A stretch of DNA of 64,000 nucleotides. It comes from a bacterium. Lineage in GTDB: Bacteria; Zixibacteria; MSB-5A5; GN15; FEB-12. The translations under genes and the position numbers were made by a program. This document shows, piece by piece, positions 9,278 through 18,648 of the stretch. The first letter of the stretch is position 1. Every line of letters starts with the position of its first letter. The DNA lies in contig JBDRNJ010000039.1 in NCBI GenBank assembly GCA_043811375.1, forward strand, positions 79,420-143,419, written 5' to 3'. Under the pieces are notes generated by a model. That model worked only from the letters and a program-made list of their open reading frames with translations, made no database searches and had not been told where the DNA came from.

Positions 9278-10783
9278 ATGAGAGTAAGCATTCCGAGGCT
9301 GGTAATAGCCGGCCTGTCGGGCGATTCCGGCAAAACGCTGGTCAGCCTGTCCCTTCTGGCAGCACTGCGACGGAAGGGAACGGCTCTCTCTGTCTTTAAG
9401 AAAGGTCCCGATTACATTGATGCCGCCTGGCTGACTCGCACCGCCGGGTCGACTTGCCGCAATCTCGATACTTACCTGGTTGACACCGAAGGCGTCTGCC
9501 GGACATTTACCCGTTATGCCGCTGAAAGTGAATTGGCGGTCATCGAGGGTAACCGGGGACTGTTCGATGGTAGAGATGCAGAAGGGACACACAGTACCGC
9601 CGAGTTGGCCCGGCTGCTTCAGGCGCCGGTGGTGCTGGTAGTCAACTGCACCAAGGCCACCCGAACCGTAGCCGCTATCGTTAATGGTTGCCGCTCTTTC
9701 GATCCTCAGCTTAATCTGGCCGGAGTTATTCTAAACCAGGTCGCCGGTGAGCGACACGGTCGTGTCATAAGTGATGCCATCGAACGCTACTGCCGACTGC
9801 CGGTGCTGGGTCATGTGCCCCGCTTGCGGGATGAAGCAGCCCTCATTCCGGGACGTCATCTCGGCCTGGTGCCACCGGCGGAACACCGCAGTGATGCCGC
9901 TTTTGACGAACGGCTGGCTGGCGTGGCCACTACTCACCTTAATCTGGACCAACTGATCAGAATCGCGACTGAAGCGCCGCCACTGGAAATACCGGAGGCT
10001 GAACCCGTGGACACAATGGCGCCGTCAGTCCGGATCGGGTATTTCGACGACCCGGTGTTCACTTTCTATTATCCGGAGAATCTTGAAGCGCTGCAGGCTC
10101 ATGGCGCCGAGTTGGTGCCGATTAATTCGCTCACGGCGCGGGAACTGCCGGAAGTGGATGCGCTCTATATCGGTGGCGGTTTTCCGGAAACACATGCCGC
10201 CCAATTGGCCGGCAATAGAGCATTGCTGGAAGCTGTGCGGCGACAAGCCGAGAACGGGTTGCCGGTGTATGCCGAATGCGGCGGGCTGATATTCCTGTCG
10301 CGAAGACTGATTGTGGGCGACAGTGTCTACCCGATGGCCGGTTTGTTGGAAATTGATCTGGGTTGGCAATCACAACCGGTCGGTCACGGTTATACCGAGT
10401 TGCATGTGGATCAACCCAACCCTTTCTTTGTAGCCGGCACCACTTTTCGCGGTCATGAGTTCCACTATACCGGGGTCCGGCGCGGTTCGAAGAACACGAC
10501 CACTTGCCTGGAAGTCAAGACCGGAGTCGGGCTGGGCCGGGGCCGTGACGGACTGGTGTACAAGCAGGTCCTGGCCGCCTACACGCATCTGCACGCGGAC
10601 GGCGTGCCCACCTGGGGTGCGGCCCTGACGGCACGTGCTCGTGAGTATCGGCGCAGCTGCAGTGATCCCGGCGACGCCACGATCGACCAGAGTGGAGGGG
10701 TGGCAGGCGAACGTTTCGATGGTAATACGACACACAATTTAATTACGGTAAAACAACAGCCGGTAAGCTCCGCAGGTGGATAA
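9278..10783 (+). CDS. dsrN: Siroheme amidase (cobyrinate a,c-diamide synthase family)
   Basis: GDSGKT, KKGPDYID, IEGNRGLFDG, GGGFPE, AECGG, GHEFHY; position within the dsr cluster. Confidence 0.92.
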   Translation: MRVSIPRLVIAGLSGDSGKTLVSLSLLAALRRKGTALSVFKKGPDYIDAAWLTRTAGSTCRNLDTYLVDTEGVCRTFTRYAAESELAVIEGNRGLFDGRDAEGTHSTAELARLLQAPVVLVVNCTKATRTVAAIVNGCRSFDPQLNLAGVILNQVAGERHGRVISDAIERYCRLPVLGHVPRLRDEAALIPGRHLGLVPPAEHRSDAAFDERLAGVATTHLNLDQLIRIATEAPPLEIPEAEPVDTMAPSVRIGYFDDPVFTFYYPENLEALQAHGAELVPINSLTARELPEVDALYIGGGFPETHAAQLAGNRALLEAVRRQAENGLPVYAECGGLIFLSRRLIVGDSVYPMAGLLEIDLGWQSQPVGHGYTELHVDQPNPFFVAGTTFRGHEFHYTGVRRGSKNTTTCLEVKTGVGLGRGRDGLVYKQVLAAYTHLHADGVPTWGAALTARAREYRRSCSDPGDATIDQSGGVAGERFDGNTTHNLITVKQQPVSSAGG

Positions 10784-10819
10784 ATCCGGCGTATTTTCAT
10801 TCTTGAGAAGAGTATCATC

Positions 10820-12502
10820 ATGGCCAAGGTAGTTAAGAAGAAAAAGAAAAAGCTGGGAGGGCTGTCCCGCGGCACCGGAACTTCAGGAGTGGAGATGTCG
10901 TCGTTGCGGCCGCAACTGATTGAAAAAAAGCCGCCCTGCGGACACACCTGCCCTAATCACAACAAAATTCGGAAAGCCCTGATGACGATCTCCAGGGCCG
11001 AGGATTTCGAGAAGACATACGAACAAGCCCTGGAAGAAGCCTGGCAGATCTGGATGGAGACCAGCCCCTTTCCGTCAGTATGCGGCCGGGTTTGTCCACA
11101 TCCGTGTGAAACCGAGTGCAACCGCAACGCCCTGGAGGGAACCGTCGGTATCAATGCCTTTGAACGTTATCTTGGCGATTTCGCTTTAGAAAAGAAACTG
11201 GTTCCCGCCAAACTCACCGAAGAAAAGCGGTCGGAGAAAATTGCGGTGGTCGGTTCCGGCCCGGCTGGTCTTACCTGTGCCTATCATCTGGCGCGGCGTG
11301 GCTACCCGGTTACTGTTTTTGAAGCCTTTCCCAAGCCGGGCGGTATGTTGCGTTACGGTATCCCGGATTATCGCCTCCCTCTCGACATTCTTGATGCCGA
11401 GATCAACCGGATAGTCGATATGGGTGTGGAATTGAAATGTGGCGTAAAAATCGGTAAGGATGTGACGCTGGACCAGTTGCGCAGTGAGTATAAGGCGGTA
11501 TTTGTCGGTCTGGGTGCACATTCCGGTCTTATGCTGCGGGCTGAGGGAGAAGACGCTGAAAACGTCTTTACCGGAACCGATTTCCTGCACCGAGCGAACG
11601 ATGGCGAGTCAATTGATGTCGGCAATAAAGTTGTGGTCATCGGTGGTGGCGATACAGCTGTTGATGCTGCTCGTGTCTCCCGTCGGCTGGGAGCCGATGT
11701 GACCATTCTGTACCGGCGTACCCGTAAGGAGATGCCGGCGATTGAAGCCGAGATTGAAGGCGCCCTTGAAGAAGGCGTCAAGATCGAATATCTGGCGGCC
11801 CCGACTAAAATCCATAATGAGAACGGCAGGGCCACCGGCATGGTCTGCCAGCGCATGGAACTGGGCGAGCCGGACGCCTCCGGAAGGCGCCGGCCGGTTC
11901 CGATCGAAGGCGACACGTTTGATCTTGAATGCAGCACCCTGATTGCCGCCATCAGTCAGGCGCCGGACTTCACCGGCTTTGACATCCTCATCGAGGGCAG
12001 GGACTGGATCAAGATCGATGACAACAGCCGGACCAAGGAAGACGGCATTTACTCCGGCGGCGATAACGTTAACCTGGGTATTGCCATCACGGCCGTTTAC
12101 CACGGTCGGCGGGCGGCTGAAGCGATCCACGAAACAATCTCCGGCGAGAAATTGCCTGAAGAACCGACGATGGCAGTTATCAAGACGGACAAGATGTACC
12201 TGGCCTACTATGAGGCCAAACAACCGACCCCGGTCAAAGAGATGCCGGTGGCTGATCGACTTAAATCGCTGAGTGCCGAGATCGTTACTACCTGGTCTCA
12301 GGAGGAAACGATCGGCGAGGCCAAGCGGTGTCTGAGTTGCGGTGAATGCTTCGACTGCGGCACCTGCTGGAGCCTGTGCACCGACAATGCCATCATCAAG
12401 CCGTTGATCAAGGGTCAGCCGTACAAGGTGAAGATGGAGTTCTGCAACGGCTGCAAGAAATGCGCTGAGAACTGCCCCTGCGGATACATTGAAATGCACT
12501 GA
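10820..12502 (+). CDS. dsrL: DsrL iron-sulfur flavoprotein, NAD(P)H:acceptor oxidoreductase (DsrL-2 type)
   Basis: PPC...CP, CGRVCPHPCETECNR, FAD site GSGPAG, GGGDTA, YRR, C-terminal CLSCGECFDCGTC and CNGCKKCAENCPCG. Confidence 0.9.
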   Translation: MAKVVKKKKKKLGGLSRGTGTSGVEMSSLRPQLIEKKPPCGHTCPNHNKIRKALMTISRAEDFEKTYEQALEEAWQIWMETSPFPSVCGRVCPHPCETECNRNALEGTVGINAFERYLGDFALEKKLVPAKLTEEKRSEKIAVVGSGPAGLTCAYHLARRGYPVTVFEAFPKPGGMLRYGIPDYRLPLDILDAEINRIVDMGVELKCGVKIGKDVTLDQLRSEYKAVFVGLGAHSGLMLRAEGEDAENVFTGTDFLHRANDGESIDVGNKVVVIGGGDTAVDAARVSRRLGADVTILYRRTRKEMPAIEAEIEGALEEGVKIEYLAAPTKIHNENGRATGMVCQRMELGEPDASGRRRPVPIEGDTFDLECSTLIAAISQAPDFTGFDILIEGRDWIKIDDNSRTKEDGIYSGGDNVNLGIAITAVYHGRRAAEAIHETISGEKLPEEPTMAVIKTDKMYLAYYEAKQPTPVKEMPVADRLKSLSAEIVTTWSQEETIGEAKRCLSCGECFDCGTCWSLCTDNAIIKPLIKGQPYKVKMEFCNGCKKCAENCPCGYIEMH

Positions 12503-12567
12503 TGAAGTTGATATGCAAAAAAGAACGTTAACTGTACAATACTACTATCTAAAATGGAGAGTTTGTC

Positions 12568-12885
12568 ATGCCAATTTTTGAACTCGGTGAGGTCAAGATC
12601 GAAGTCGACGAAGACGGCTTTATGGATGACCCGGAACTCTGGAACGATGAAATTGCCAAGGCGTTGGCCACAACCGAAGGTGTGAACGATTTGACTGAAG
12701 AGCACTGGAAACTGGTTCGCTACCTGCGGGAATACTACCTGAAATTCGGCATTGCTCCGATGATCCGCAAGCTGTGCAAGGAGACCGGTTTCCCCCTCAA
12801 GAAGGTCTACGAACTGTTCCCTTCCGGTCCCGCCAAGGGTGCCTGCAAGGTGGCCGGACTGGCCAAACCGACGGGGTGCGTCTGA
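12568..12885 (+). CDS. dsrC: DsrC sulfur carrier protein
   Basis: DEDGF, LTEEHW, LFPSGPAKGACKVAGLAKPTGCV with both C-terminal cysteines. Confidence 0.97.
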   Translation: MPIFELGEVKIEVDEDGFMDDPELWNDEIAKALATTEGVNDLTEEHWKLVRYLREYYLKFGIAPMIRKLCKETGFPLKKVYELFPSGPAKGACKVAGLAKPTGCV

Positions 12886-12986
12886 TCGATTTTGCGGCTT
12901 AGGCGGGGTCTGGCGGTGCCGACAAACCTCCACACCTCGCCGCTGCTGATCTGATGGATGCCGTTTCCAGCGGCAGAAGTACGGAT

Positions 12987-13577
12987 ATGACCCTCAACAG
13001 CCTCCTGACGCAAAGCAAAGCAGCCGTATTGCAAAGGTGGCGGGACCTGATCGTTCAGACGTATCCTGACGAAGTATCCAGGTTTCTCCAGCGGGAAACG
13101 GATCGCTTTGCCAATCCGGTGGGGGATACTATCTTCCGCGGGACAGAAAGTATCTTCGACCTGTTGCTGAACGCGCAGGCGACACCGGAGGACATGACCG
13201 AGGCTGTCGACGGTATTGTTAGAATCAGATCAGTTCAGGAGTTCAACGCCTCCCAGGCAGTAGTCTTTGTCTTTCTGCTCAAAAAGGCTATTCGTGAACA
13301 GTTGGGTGAGAAGGTCCAAGGCAACGGCGTTACCGACGAGTTACTCGACCTGGAATCGAGAATCGATCAGATTGCGCTGGCGGCTTTCGACTGCTGGGCC
13401 GGATGCCGGGAGCAGATTAACGACATCCGGGTGAATGAGATAAGAAACGGCGTGTTCAAGCTGCGCGAACGGATAAACCTCCCCCGGGATCACCCACCGA
13501 ACTGCGGTGAATGTTCCTCAACGGCGGACACGGATGGCCCGGGTGGTAACATGAAGGAAGGTAGATCGGGAAGATGA
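12987..13577 (+). CDS. dsrT: DsrT (RsbRD N-terminal-like domain protein)
   Basis: DRFANPVG and IVRIRSVQEF..SQA motifs; directly upstream of dsrM; alternative ATG at 12954. Confidence 0.88.
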   Translation: MTLNSLLTQSKAAVLQRWRDLIVQTYPDEVSRFLQRETDRFANPVGDTIFRGTESIFDLLLNAQATPEDMTEAVDGIVRIRSVQEFNASQAVVFVFLLKKAIREQLGEKVQGNGVTDELLDLESRIDQIALAAFDCWAGCREQINDIRVNEIRNGVFKLRERINLPRDHPPNCGECSSTADTDGPGGNMKEGRSGR

Positions 13578-14566
13578 ACTTATTCTTTTCCCTGATAGCG
13601 GTGACGGTACTTATCCTCCTGGCCTGGCTGGGATCGCAGTCAACTTCAATGGAGTTATTATTAGGTGCGATCGTGCCTTATACCGCCCTGGTTGTCTTCA
13701 CACTGGGCATCATCTGGCGTGTGGTGCGGTGGGCCAGATCGCCGGTGCCATTCAGGATCACCACCACCTGCGGACAGCAGAAGACGCTGCCCTGGATCAA
13801 GTCCAGTCGGCTGGAATGCCCGCACAGTGTCTGGGGTGTCATCGGGCGCATGGCGCTGGAAGTGCTGTTTTTCCGTTCGCTTCTGCGCAACACCAAACTG
13901 CAGTTGCGCGATGGTCCCCGACTGTCCTACGGCACCAACCTGTATCTCTGGCTCGGCGGGTTGGCGTTTCACTGGTCGTTTTTAATTATCCTCGTCAGGC
14001 ACACCCGGTTCTTTGTCGAGCCGGTACCGACATGGGTGCTGGGACTGCAAAATCTGGATGGCTTTTTCCAGGTCGGCTTGCCGGTTATCTACATCTCCGG
14101 CCTGCTCCTGGTGGCGGCCCTGACCTACCTGTTCTTCCGCAGAGTTGTGACTCCGCAGATGCGCTACATCTCACTGGCCGGGGACTACTTTCCACTACTT
14201 TTGCTTTTGGGCGTGGCTGTTTCCGGTGTCCTGATGCGCTATTTCTACAAGGTCGATATCGTGGCCGTCAAGGAACTGGCCCTGGGACTGTGGAACTTTG
14301 AGCCCATTATCCCGGTCGGAATCGGTGCCATCTTCTATGTCCATCTTTTCCTGGTCTGTATGCTGCTGATTTATTTCCCCTTCAGCAAGCTGGTGCACAT
14401 GGCGGGTATATTTCTCAGCCCCACCCGGAACCTGGCCAACAACAACCGCATGCGTCGCCATATCAATCCCTGGAACTACCCGGTTAAGGTTCATACCTAC
14501 GAAGAGTGGGAAGACGAGTTCCGGGATGTTATGAAGGCGGCTGATATGCCGTTGGAGAAGGAGTGA
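13574..14566 (+). CDS. dsrM: DsrM membrane b-type cytochrome
   Basis: SPVPFRITTTCGQQK, FFRSL, FHW..RH, YFPFSKLVH, SPTRN. Confidence 0.95.
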   Translation: MNLFFSLIAVTVLILLAWLGSQSTSMELLLGAIVPYTALVVFTLGIIWRVVRWARSPVPFRITTTCGQQKTLPWIKSSRLECPHSVWGVIGRMALEVLFFRSLLRNTKLQLRDGPRLSYGTNLYLWLGGLAFHWSFLIILVRHTRFFVEPVPTWVLGLQNLDGFFQVGLPVIYISGLLLVAALTYLFFRRVVTPQMRYISLAGDYFPLLLLLGVAVSGVLMRYFYKVDIVAVKELALGLWNFEPIIPVGIGAIFYVHLFLVCMLLIYFPFSKLVHMAGIFLSPTRNLANNNRMRRHINPWNYPVKVHTYEEWEDEFRDVMKAADMPLEKE

Positions 14567-14568
14567 GC

Positions 14569-16188
14569 ATGTCCGACGATCTACCCAAAGCTGAACAACT
14601 GGGCCGGGTTGGCTATCGGCCACCCCGCAAGAAGTGGATGGATCCTTCGGTGGAGTTCCGTAAAGGGACCTATAACTACAGCACCGTTCCTAAGAACATG
14701 AAATACCTAGACCTGCCCAATCCTCGCAAGTGGCAACCGACCGATGACGACTGGCAGCTACCGGATAACTGGAAACAAATCATCCTGGATGGATTTCGCG
14801 ATCGCCTTGACAAGTATCGTTCACTGCGCGTATTCATGGATATCTGTGTACGCTGCGGCGCCTGCGCCGACAAGTGCCATTATTTCATCGGTTCCGGTGA
14901 TCCCAAGAATATGCCGGTGCTTCGCGCCGAGCTGCTGCGGTCGGTTTACCGCGGGGAGTTCACGACGGCCGGGAAAATCCTGGGTGGGATTGCCGGTGGT
15001 CGCAAACTGACAATGGGAGTACTGAAGGAATGGTTTTATTACTTCTTCCAGTGTACTGAGTGCCGTCGCTGTTCGGTGTTCTGCCCCTACGGCATCGACA
15101 CCGCCGAGATCACCATGATGGCCCGCGAACTGCTCAACCTGGTGGGCGCCAGTATCGACTGGATAGGCACTCCGGTCGCCAATTGCTTCCGTACCGGCAA
15201 TCACCTGGGCATTCAGCCGCACGGCTTCAAGGACAGCATCGATTTTGCCGTTGACGAGCTGGAAGAACTCACCGGTGTAAAGGTGGAAGCTCCGATCAAT
15301 AAAAAAGGCGCTGAGATACTATTCATCGCTCCCTCGGCCGATTACTTTGCTTCTCCACACTATTACACGCTGCTGGGCTACCTGGCGCTTTTTCATGAGA
15401 TCGGCCTGGATTACACCTGGAGCGCCTATGCCTCCGAGGGCGGCAATTTCGGACTGTTTCATTCCTCGGAGATGATGAAACGTCTCAATGCCAAGGTCTA
15501 CGATGAGGCCAAACGACTCGGTGTCAAGTGGATCATCGGCGGCGAATGCGGACACATGTGGCGGGTGTTGCACCAGTACATGGACACCATGACCGGCCCG
15601 GCTGATTTTCTCGAGGAACCGGTGTCTCCCATCACCGGCACCCGCTTTGAGAACACCAGGACCACCAAAATGGTGCACATAGCGGAATTCACATCCGATT
15701 TGATTCGCCACAACAAACTGAAACTGGACCCCAGCCGAAACGACAACTGGATTGCTACCTATCATGACTCGTGCAATCCGGCCCGGGCGATGGGTCTGCT
15801 GGAGGAGCCGCGGTATATTATCAATAAGGTGGCCAACAACTTCCATGAGATGCCGGAAAACACCATTCGCGAGCAGACATTCTGCTGCGGTAGTGGTTCC
15901 GGTCTGGGCACCGACGAAAACCTGGAAATGAGGCTGCGCGGCGGGCTGCCGCGAGCCAACGCCGTGAAATACGTACAAGAGAAACACGGTGTCAATATCC
16001 TGTTGTGCATGTGCGCCATCGACAAGGCCACCCTGCCGCCCCTGTTGGAGTACTGGGTCCCTGACGTCGAAGTGGGGGGAGTGCACGAACTGGTCGGCAA
16101 CGCGCTGGTGATGACCGGCGAAAAGAACCGCACCGCCGACCTGCGGGGTGAACCCTTCCCGGGAAAGGAGGGCAGTGACGATGCATGA
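14569..16188 (+). CDS. dsrK: DsrK, HdrD-like Fe-S catalytic subunit
   Basis: CVRCGACADKC, CTECRRCSVFCP, GECGH, YHDSCN, CCGSG; alternative GTG at 14563. Confidence 0.96.
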   Translation: MSDDLPKAEQLGRVGYRPPRKKWMDPSVEFRKGTYNYSTVPKNMKYLDLPNPRKWQPTDDDWQLPDNWKQIILDGFRDRLDKYRSLRVFMDICVRCGACADKCHYFIGSGDPKNMPVLRAELLRSVYRGEFTTAGKILGGIAGGRKLTMGVLKEWFYYFFQCTECRRCSVFCPYGIDTAEITMMARELLNLVGASIDWIGTPVANCFRTGNHLGIQPHGFKDSIDFAVDELEELTGVKVEAPINKKGAEILFIAPSADYFASPHYYTLLGYLALFHEIGLDYTWSAYASEGGNFGLFHSSEMMKRLNAKVYDEAKRLGVKWIIGGECGHMWRVLHQYMDTMTGPADFLEEPVSPITGTRFENTRTTKMVHIAEFTSDLIRHNKLKLDPSRNDNWIATYHDSCNPARAMGLLEEPRYIINKVANNFHEMPENTIREQTFCCGSGSGLGTDENLEMRLRGGLPRANAVKYVQEKHGVNILLCMCAIDKATLPPLLEYWVPDVEVGGVHELVGNALVMTGEKNRTADLRGEPFPGKEGSDDA

Positions 16189-16564
16189 TGCTTCCAAGAT
16201 CATAGTTGGCCTGCTGATATTCCTGGCCCTGATAGCCTTTCCCCTCTGGTACAACGCCGCCGGCGGCAAGGCCGACTACGTTCCGCAACTGGAGAAACCG
16301 GATACGGCCACCCAGTGTGTGGCCGAGGTTGCTTACATGACGGCTAACCACATGGACCTGCTCAACGAATGGCGCGACCGGGTAGTCCGCATTGGTGAGC
16401 GGTTATACGTTGATCATCTGGGCCGGACGCATGAAATGAGTCTGACCAAAACCTGCCTGAATTGCCACGCCAACCGGGACCAATTCTGTATCCGCTGCCA
16501 CGACTATATGGGGGTCGCTCCCTATTGCTGGGACTGCCATGTCGACCCCAAGGAGGTCAGGTGA
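16181..16564 (+). CDS. dsrJ: DsrJ periplasmic triheme cytochrome c
   Basis: N-terminal TM helix, HMDLLNEWRD, three CxxCH motifs (CLNCH, CIRCH, CWDCH). Confidence 0.95.
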   Translation: MHDASKIIVGLLIFLALIAFPLWYNAAGGKADYVPQLEKPDTATQCVAEVAYMTANHMDLLNEWRDRVVRIGERLYVDHLGRTHEMSLTKTCLNCHANRDQFCIRCHDYMGVAPYCWDCHVDPKEVR

Positions 16565-17349
16565 TGTCATTTGACAGACGCAAATTCATCAAGTTTTCGG
16601 GTCTGACCGTACTGGGGCTGGCCGGCCGAACGGTCGGCGATACTTTGTCCAAAACAGATACGACCGAAGTGGCGGAAACCGGGTCGCTTCAGCAACCGCT
16701 GACGGCGCATCGCTGGGCAATGGTGGTTGACATGAAGAAATGCCGGCAACAAGAAGGTTGCCGTGACTGTATCACCGCCTGCCACCGGGAACACAACGTG
16801 CCCCATTTTGACAACCCCAAGGACGAAATAAAGTGGATATGGAAGTCATCCTTTAAACATGCTTTCCACGAGCAGGAGCACGAGTATCTTCCCGATGATC
16901 TTAAGAACAGCCATGTCCTGCTTTTGTGTAACCATTGCGACAATCCACCCTGCACCAAAGTGTGTCCCACCCAGGCGACCTGGAAAAGAGAGTCCGACGG
17001 TGTTGTTATGATGGATTGGCACCGATGTATCGGCTGCCGTTACTGCATGGTGGCCTGCCCGTATGGCTCGCGCAGCTTCAACTGGCGGGACCCGCGTTCG
17101 TTTATCGAAGAAATAAAACCGGAGTATCCGACACGCACTCGCGGCGTGGTGGAGAAGTGTACTTTCTGCGATGAACGTCTGGCCCGGGGTCTGCCGCCGG
17201 CTTGTGTGGAGGCTTGCAAAGAGAAGGCGCTGGTGTTTGGCGATCTGGAAGATCCCGAGTCGGAAGTCCGGCAGCTTCTGCAGGGCCAAATGGCGCTCCA
17301 GCGCAAACCGGCCCTGGGAACGATACCCGAAGTTTATTATCTGGTGTGA
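16564..17349 (+). CDS. dsrO: DsrO periplasmic Fe-S protein
   Basis: Tat motif DRRKFIK; CNHCDNPPCTKVCP, CIGCRYCMVACPY, KCTFC; TGATG overlap with dsrJ. Confidence 0.95.
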   Translation: MSFDRRKFIKFSGLTVLGLAGRTVGDTLSKTDTTEVAETGSLQQPLTAHRWAMVVDMKKCRQQEGCRDCITACHREHNVPHFDNPKDEIKWIWKSSFKHAFHEQEHEYLPDDLKNSHVLLLCNHCDNPPCTKVCPTQATWKRESDGVVMMDWHRCIGCRYCMVACPYGSRSFNWRDPRSFIEEIKPEYPTRTRGVVEKCTFCDERLARGLPPACVEACKEKALVFGDLEDPESEVRQLLQGQMALQRKPALGTIPEVYYLV

Positions 17350-17356
17350 GGGTTCA

Positions 17357-18526
17357 ATGATAGAACGCGTGTTCAGTGGTGGTCGAAGTTACTGGGGGTG
17401 GGTAGCTTTTCTGTTCATCGTCATCGGTGTGGGAACCCTCTTCTACCTGCGTCAGTTCCAGGAAGGTCTGTATATCACCGGCATGGGCCGGGATGTTTCC
17501 TGGGGCTTATATATCGCCCAGTTCACCTTTCTGGTGGGAGTGGCCGCCTCGGCGGTGATGGTGGTTCTGCCATATTATCTGCATGACTATAAAGCCTTCG
17601 GTAAAATTACTATTCTCGGAGAGTTTCTGGCGATAGGCGCGGTGGTCATGTGCATGACGTTCATTTTCGTCGACATGGGCCAGCCGTTTCGGATCCTCAA
17701 TGTCTTTCTGTACCCGACGTTGAATTCGATGATGTTCTGGGACACGGTCGCCCTGAGCGGCTACCTGGTGTTGAACATATTGATCAGTTTCGTCACCCTC
17801 GAAGCGGAGCGCCGCTCGGTGCCGCCGTCGAGATGGATAAAACCGATAATCATCCTGTCCATTCCGTGGGCGGTCAGCATTCATACCGTGACGGCTTTCC
17901 TGTATGCCGGTCTGGCGGCGCGGCCGTTCTGGATGACGGCTGTTTTAGCGCCCCGGTTCCTGGCATCGGCCTTTTCGGCCGGTCCGGCCCTGTTGCTTCT
18001 GATCTGTCTCATACTGCGCCGGATCAGCCGCTTCGACGTCGGCCGCGAGCCAATCCAGAAATTGGGCGTTATTGTCACCTATGCCATGGCTTTTAATGTC
18101 TTCCTGATCCTGATGGAACTGTTCACGGCCATCTACAGCGGTATCCCCGAGCACCTGACACATTTCCAGTACCTCTATTTTGGTCTTGAAGGCCACAGCA
18201 CACTGGTGCCGTGGATGTGGACCTCGGCGGTGCTGGCGGTGCTGTCGCTGGTCTTGCTGCTGGTGCCGAAGGCTCGACGCAACGAGAAAATCCTGATTGT
18301 CGCCTGCCTGAGCGTCTTTTTCTCCATCTGGATCGACAAGGGTCTGGGGATGGTGGTCACCGGGTTTATACCTAATCCGATGGGTGAAGTTGTCGGCTAC
18401 TGGCCGACAGTTCCGGAGTTGTTTATCTCACTCGGAGTATACGGTATGGGGGTGTTGATAGTGACGGTGCTGTACAAGATCGCCCTGTCGGTCAGGCGCC
18501 AGTTGCCGACGCAGCCGTTGAGATAG
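17357..18526 (+). CDS. dsrP: DsrP NrfD/PsrC-family membrane subunit
   Basis: TGMGRDVSWGLYIAQFTFLVGVAASAV, SIHTVTAF, APRFLASAF; about 10 TM helices. Confidence 0.95.
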   Translation: MIERVFSGGRSYWGWVAFLFIVIGVGTLFYLRQFQEGLYITGMGRDVSWGLYIAQFTFLVGVAASAVMVVLPYYLHDYKAFGKITILGEFLAIGAVVMCMTFIFVDMGQPFRILNVFLYPTLNSMMFWDTVALSGYLVLNILISFVTLEAERRSVPPSRWIKPIIILSIPWAVSIHTVTAFLYAGLAARPFWMTAVLAPRFLASAFSAGPALLLLICLILRRISRFDVGREPIQKLGVIVTYAMAFNVFLILMELFTAIYSGIPEHLTHFQYLYFGLEGHSTLVPWMWTSAVLAVLSLVLLLVPKARRNEKILIVACLSVFFSIWIDKGLGMVVTGFIPNPMGEVVGYWPTVPELFISLGVYGMGVLIVTVLYKIALSVRRQLPTQPLR

Positions 18527-18567
18527 CCGGAGCGGACTCTCTGCGGTAGTCACAGCTATCGGCGCTG

Positions 18568-18596
18568 TTGACTTCTGAGAGAGATAAAGATACACT
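18568..18596 (+). promoter_or_regulatory. Sigma70-type promoter for the persulfide reductase-hem operon
   Basis: TTGACT, 17 bp, TACACT; followed by hairpin GGGGTTGG-AAACAA-CCAACCCC (18606-18627). Confidence 0.6.
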
Positions 18597-18648
18597 GATA
18601 ACCCCGGGGTTGGAAACAACCAACCCCTTGCTTCTGTGAGATAGAGCC

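Noticed and set aside
9278..10783. cobB/cbiA of cobalamin synthesis
   Set aside because: Position within the dsr operon and absence of other cob/cbi genes favour DsrN
10820..12502. Glutamate synthase small subunit gltD
   Set aside because: No gltB; the C-terminal ferredoxin domain and dsr context indicate DsrL
12503..12567. Internal promoter for dsrC
   Set aside because: AT-rich with TACAAT, but the nearest TTGATA is 21 bp away; cannot be supported
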